Positions 62,866-64,000 of a stretch of 64,000 bases of DNA are shown here, one piece after another. The stretch lies in the NCBI RefSeq assembly GCF_006345805.1, contig NC_043017.1:13888001-13952000 (forward strand), read 5' to 3'. The notes under the pieces are model-generated. The model made no database searches, was not told the DNA's origin, and saw nothing but the letters and a program-made list of their open reading frames with translations. How positions within the stretch are numbered: the first letter of the stretch is position 1; each line of letters opens with the position of its first letter. Made by a program: the position numbers and the translations under genes. This DNA is from Octopus sinensis (taxonomy: Eukaryota).

Positions 62866-63810
62866 TTAGGTTGTTCCGAAAATAATGGCTGCTCTGAGTT
62901 GTTTTGAAACGCAATTTTATCAGTATTTTAATTATATTTTATGTGAATTTCGACATACTTAATAATTGATGTATGCTCTTTAATAATTTTCTACTTATTT
63001 CAGACAGTAAACATTCTTGAAGCATATGCGCCCTTAATTATGAACATGACAAAAAAGGACCTTCGCTTACTTTTCTTGCGTGAGTTCAAGCTTGGGCACA
63101 ACACCTCCCAAACTGCTGCAAATATCAGCAGAGCATGAGGAGTGGGGTCCACAAGTGATCGCACTATACGAAGGTGTTTAGAAATTCCGTAGTGGTGATG
63201 AACGTCTTGAAGATGAAGAAGGTAGAAGGACACTCATGCAGTCTTGACAATGAACAATTGAAAGCAATTGTTGAACAAATCCCACGTCAAAGTGTTAGAG
63301 AAATGTCTCAGGCACTTGGTGTCGGTATTGCAACGAACTCATGCAATCTACAGAAGATTAGTATGATGAAAAAGCTCGATAAATGGGTACCGCATGAACT
63401 CGATGAAAATCAAAAAGTTTAGCGTTTTGAAATGTGCCCGATGCTCTTTCTGCGAAACACCAATGATCCTTTTCTTGACTGAATAGTCACTTGTGACGGA
63501 AAGTGGATCCTTTATGGTAACCGTACACGATCAGGTCAAAGGCTGGATCGTGATAAGTCCCCCAAACATTTCCCAAGCCAAAGTTGCATCAGCAAAAGAC
63601 TATGATGACTCTCTGGTAGTCTGCAATTGGTGTTGTCCATTACAGCTTTCTGGAAGCCAATCAGAGAATTTCAGCAGAGGTTTCTGCAATCAATTCGCTG
63701 AAATGCACGCTCACTTGCAAAAAATGAGACCTGCATTGGTGAATCGGTGTGGCTCAATTCTGCTCCACGATAATGCAAAGCTACATGTTGCAAGAATGAC
63801 GCTTCAGAAG
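62866..63810 (+). mobile_element. Mariner (Hsmar1/cecropia-like) transposase pseudogene, 3' truncated
   Basis: TA|TTAGGTTGTTCCGAAAATAATGG TIR; EFKLGHNTSQTAANI, KWVPHEL, IVTCDGKWILY and ILLHDNAKLHVA with stops and frameshifts. Confidence 0.92.
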
Positions 63811-64000
63811 CCCACAGGCTATTTCCCTGGGATGCATAAATATGTCACAGGTACCAAAGAATGGCTGAAAATATATTCAATGTTAGAACTTGTAACAAAG
63901 AACTTATAACTAGAAATATAACAATCGGCTGCAGGTAATAAACCAGTGGTGTACGATGTGTTTTCTGTAGCAGTAATCACACCACATCTGGACTACTCGA

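Overview
AT-rich, microsatellite- and SINE-dense animal DNA. The repeat families suggest an octopus genome (inference). One complete protein-coding gene is present: TFIP11 (tuftelin-interacting protein 11 / Ntr1 / Spp382, the G-patch spliceosome-disassembly factor). It lies on the + strand with 16 coding exons from 4617 to 27118. All introns are GT-AG with consistent phases, giving a 2475-nt CDS (824 aa by my assembly). The remainder is a transposon graveyard: several tRNA-derived SINE families, RTE, CR1 and R4/Dong-like LINE remnants, Penelope-like element (PLE) RT and GIY-YIG remnants, mariner, hAT, piggyBac-like and Helitron/Helentron-like elements, a gypsy-type integrase fragment and kb-scale microsatellites. 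The most interesting unannotated signal is a set of hammerhead ribozyme (HHR) motifs. The best-formed are at 37070-37144 (+), 32720-33050 (both strands) and 2565-2602 (-). Degenerate ones lie at 21610, 44134, 45698 and 58629. Most sit in short non-coding elements, several with fold-back structure and inserted in or next to microsatellites. This fits PLE pseudo-LTRs or non-autonomous ribozyme-carrying derivatives. Nearly all entries in the ORF track are microsatellite or SINE artefacts. No alignments or folding programs were run; all structures were paired by eye.
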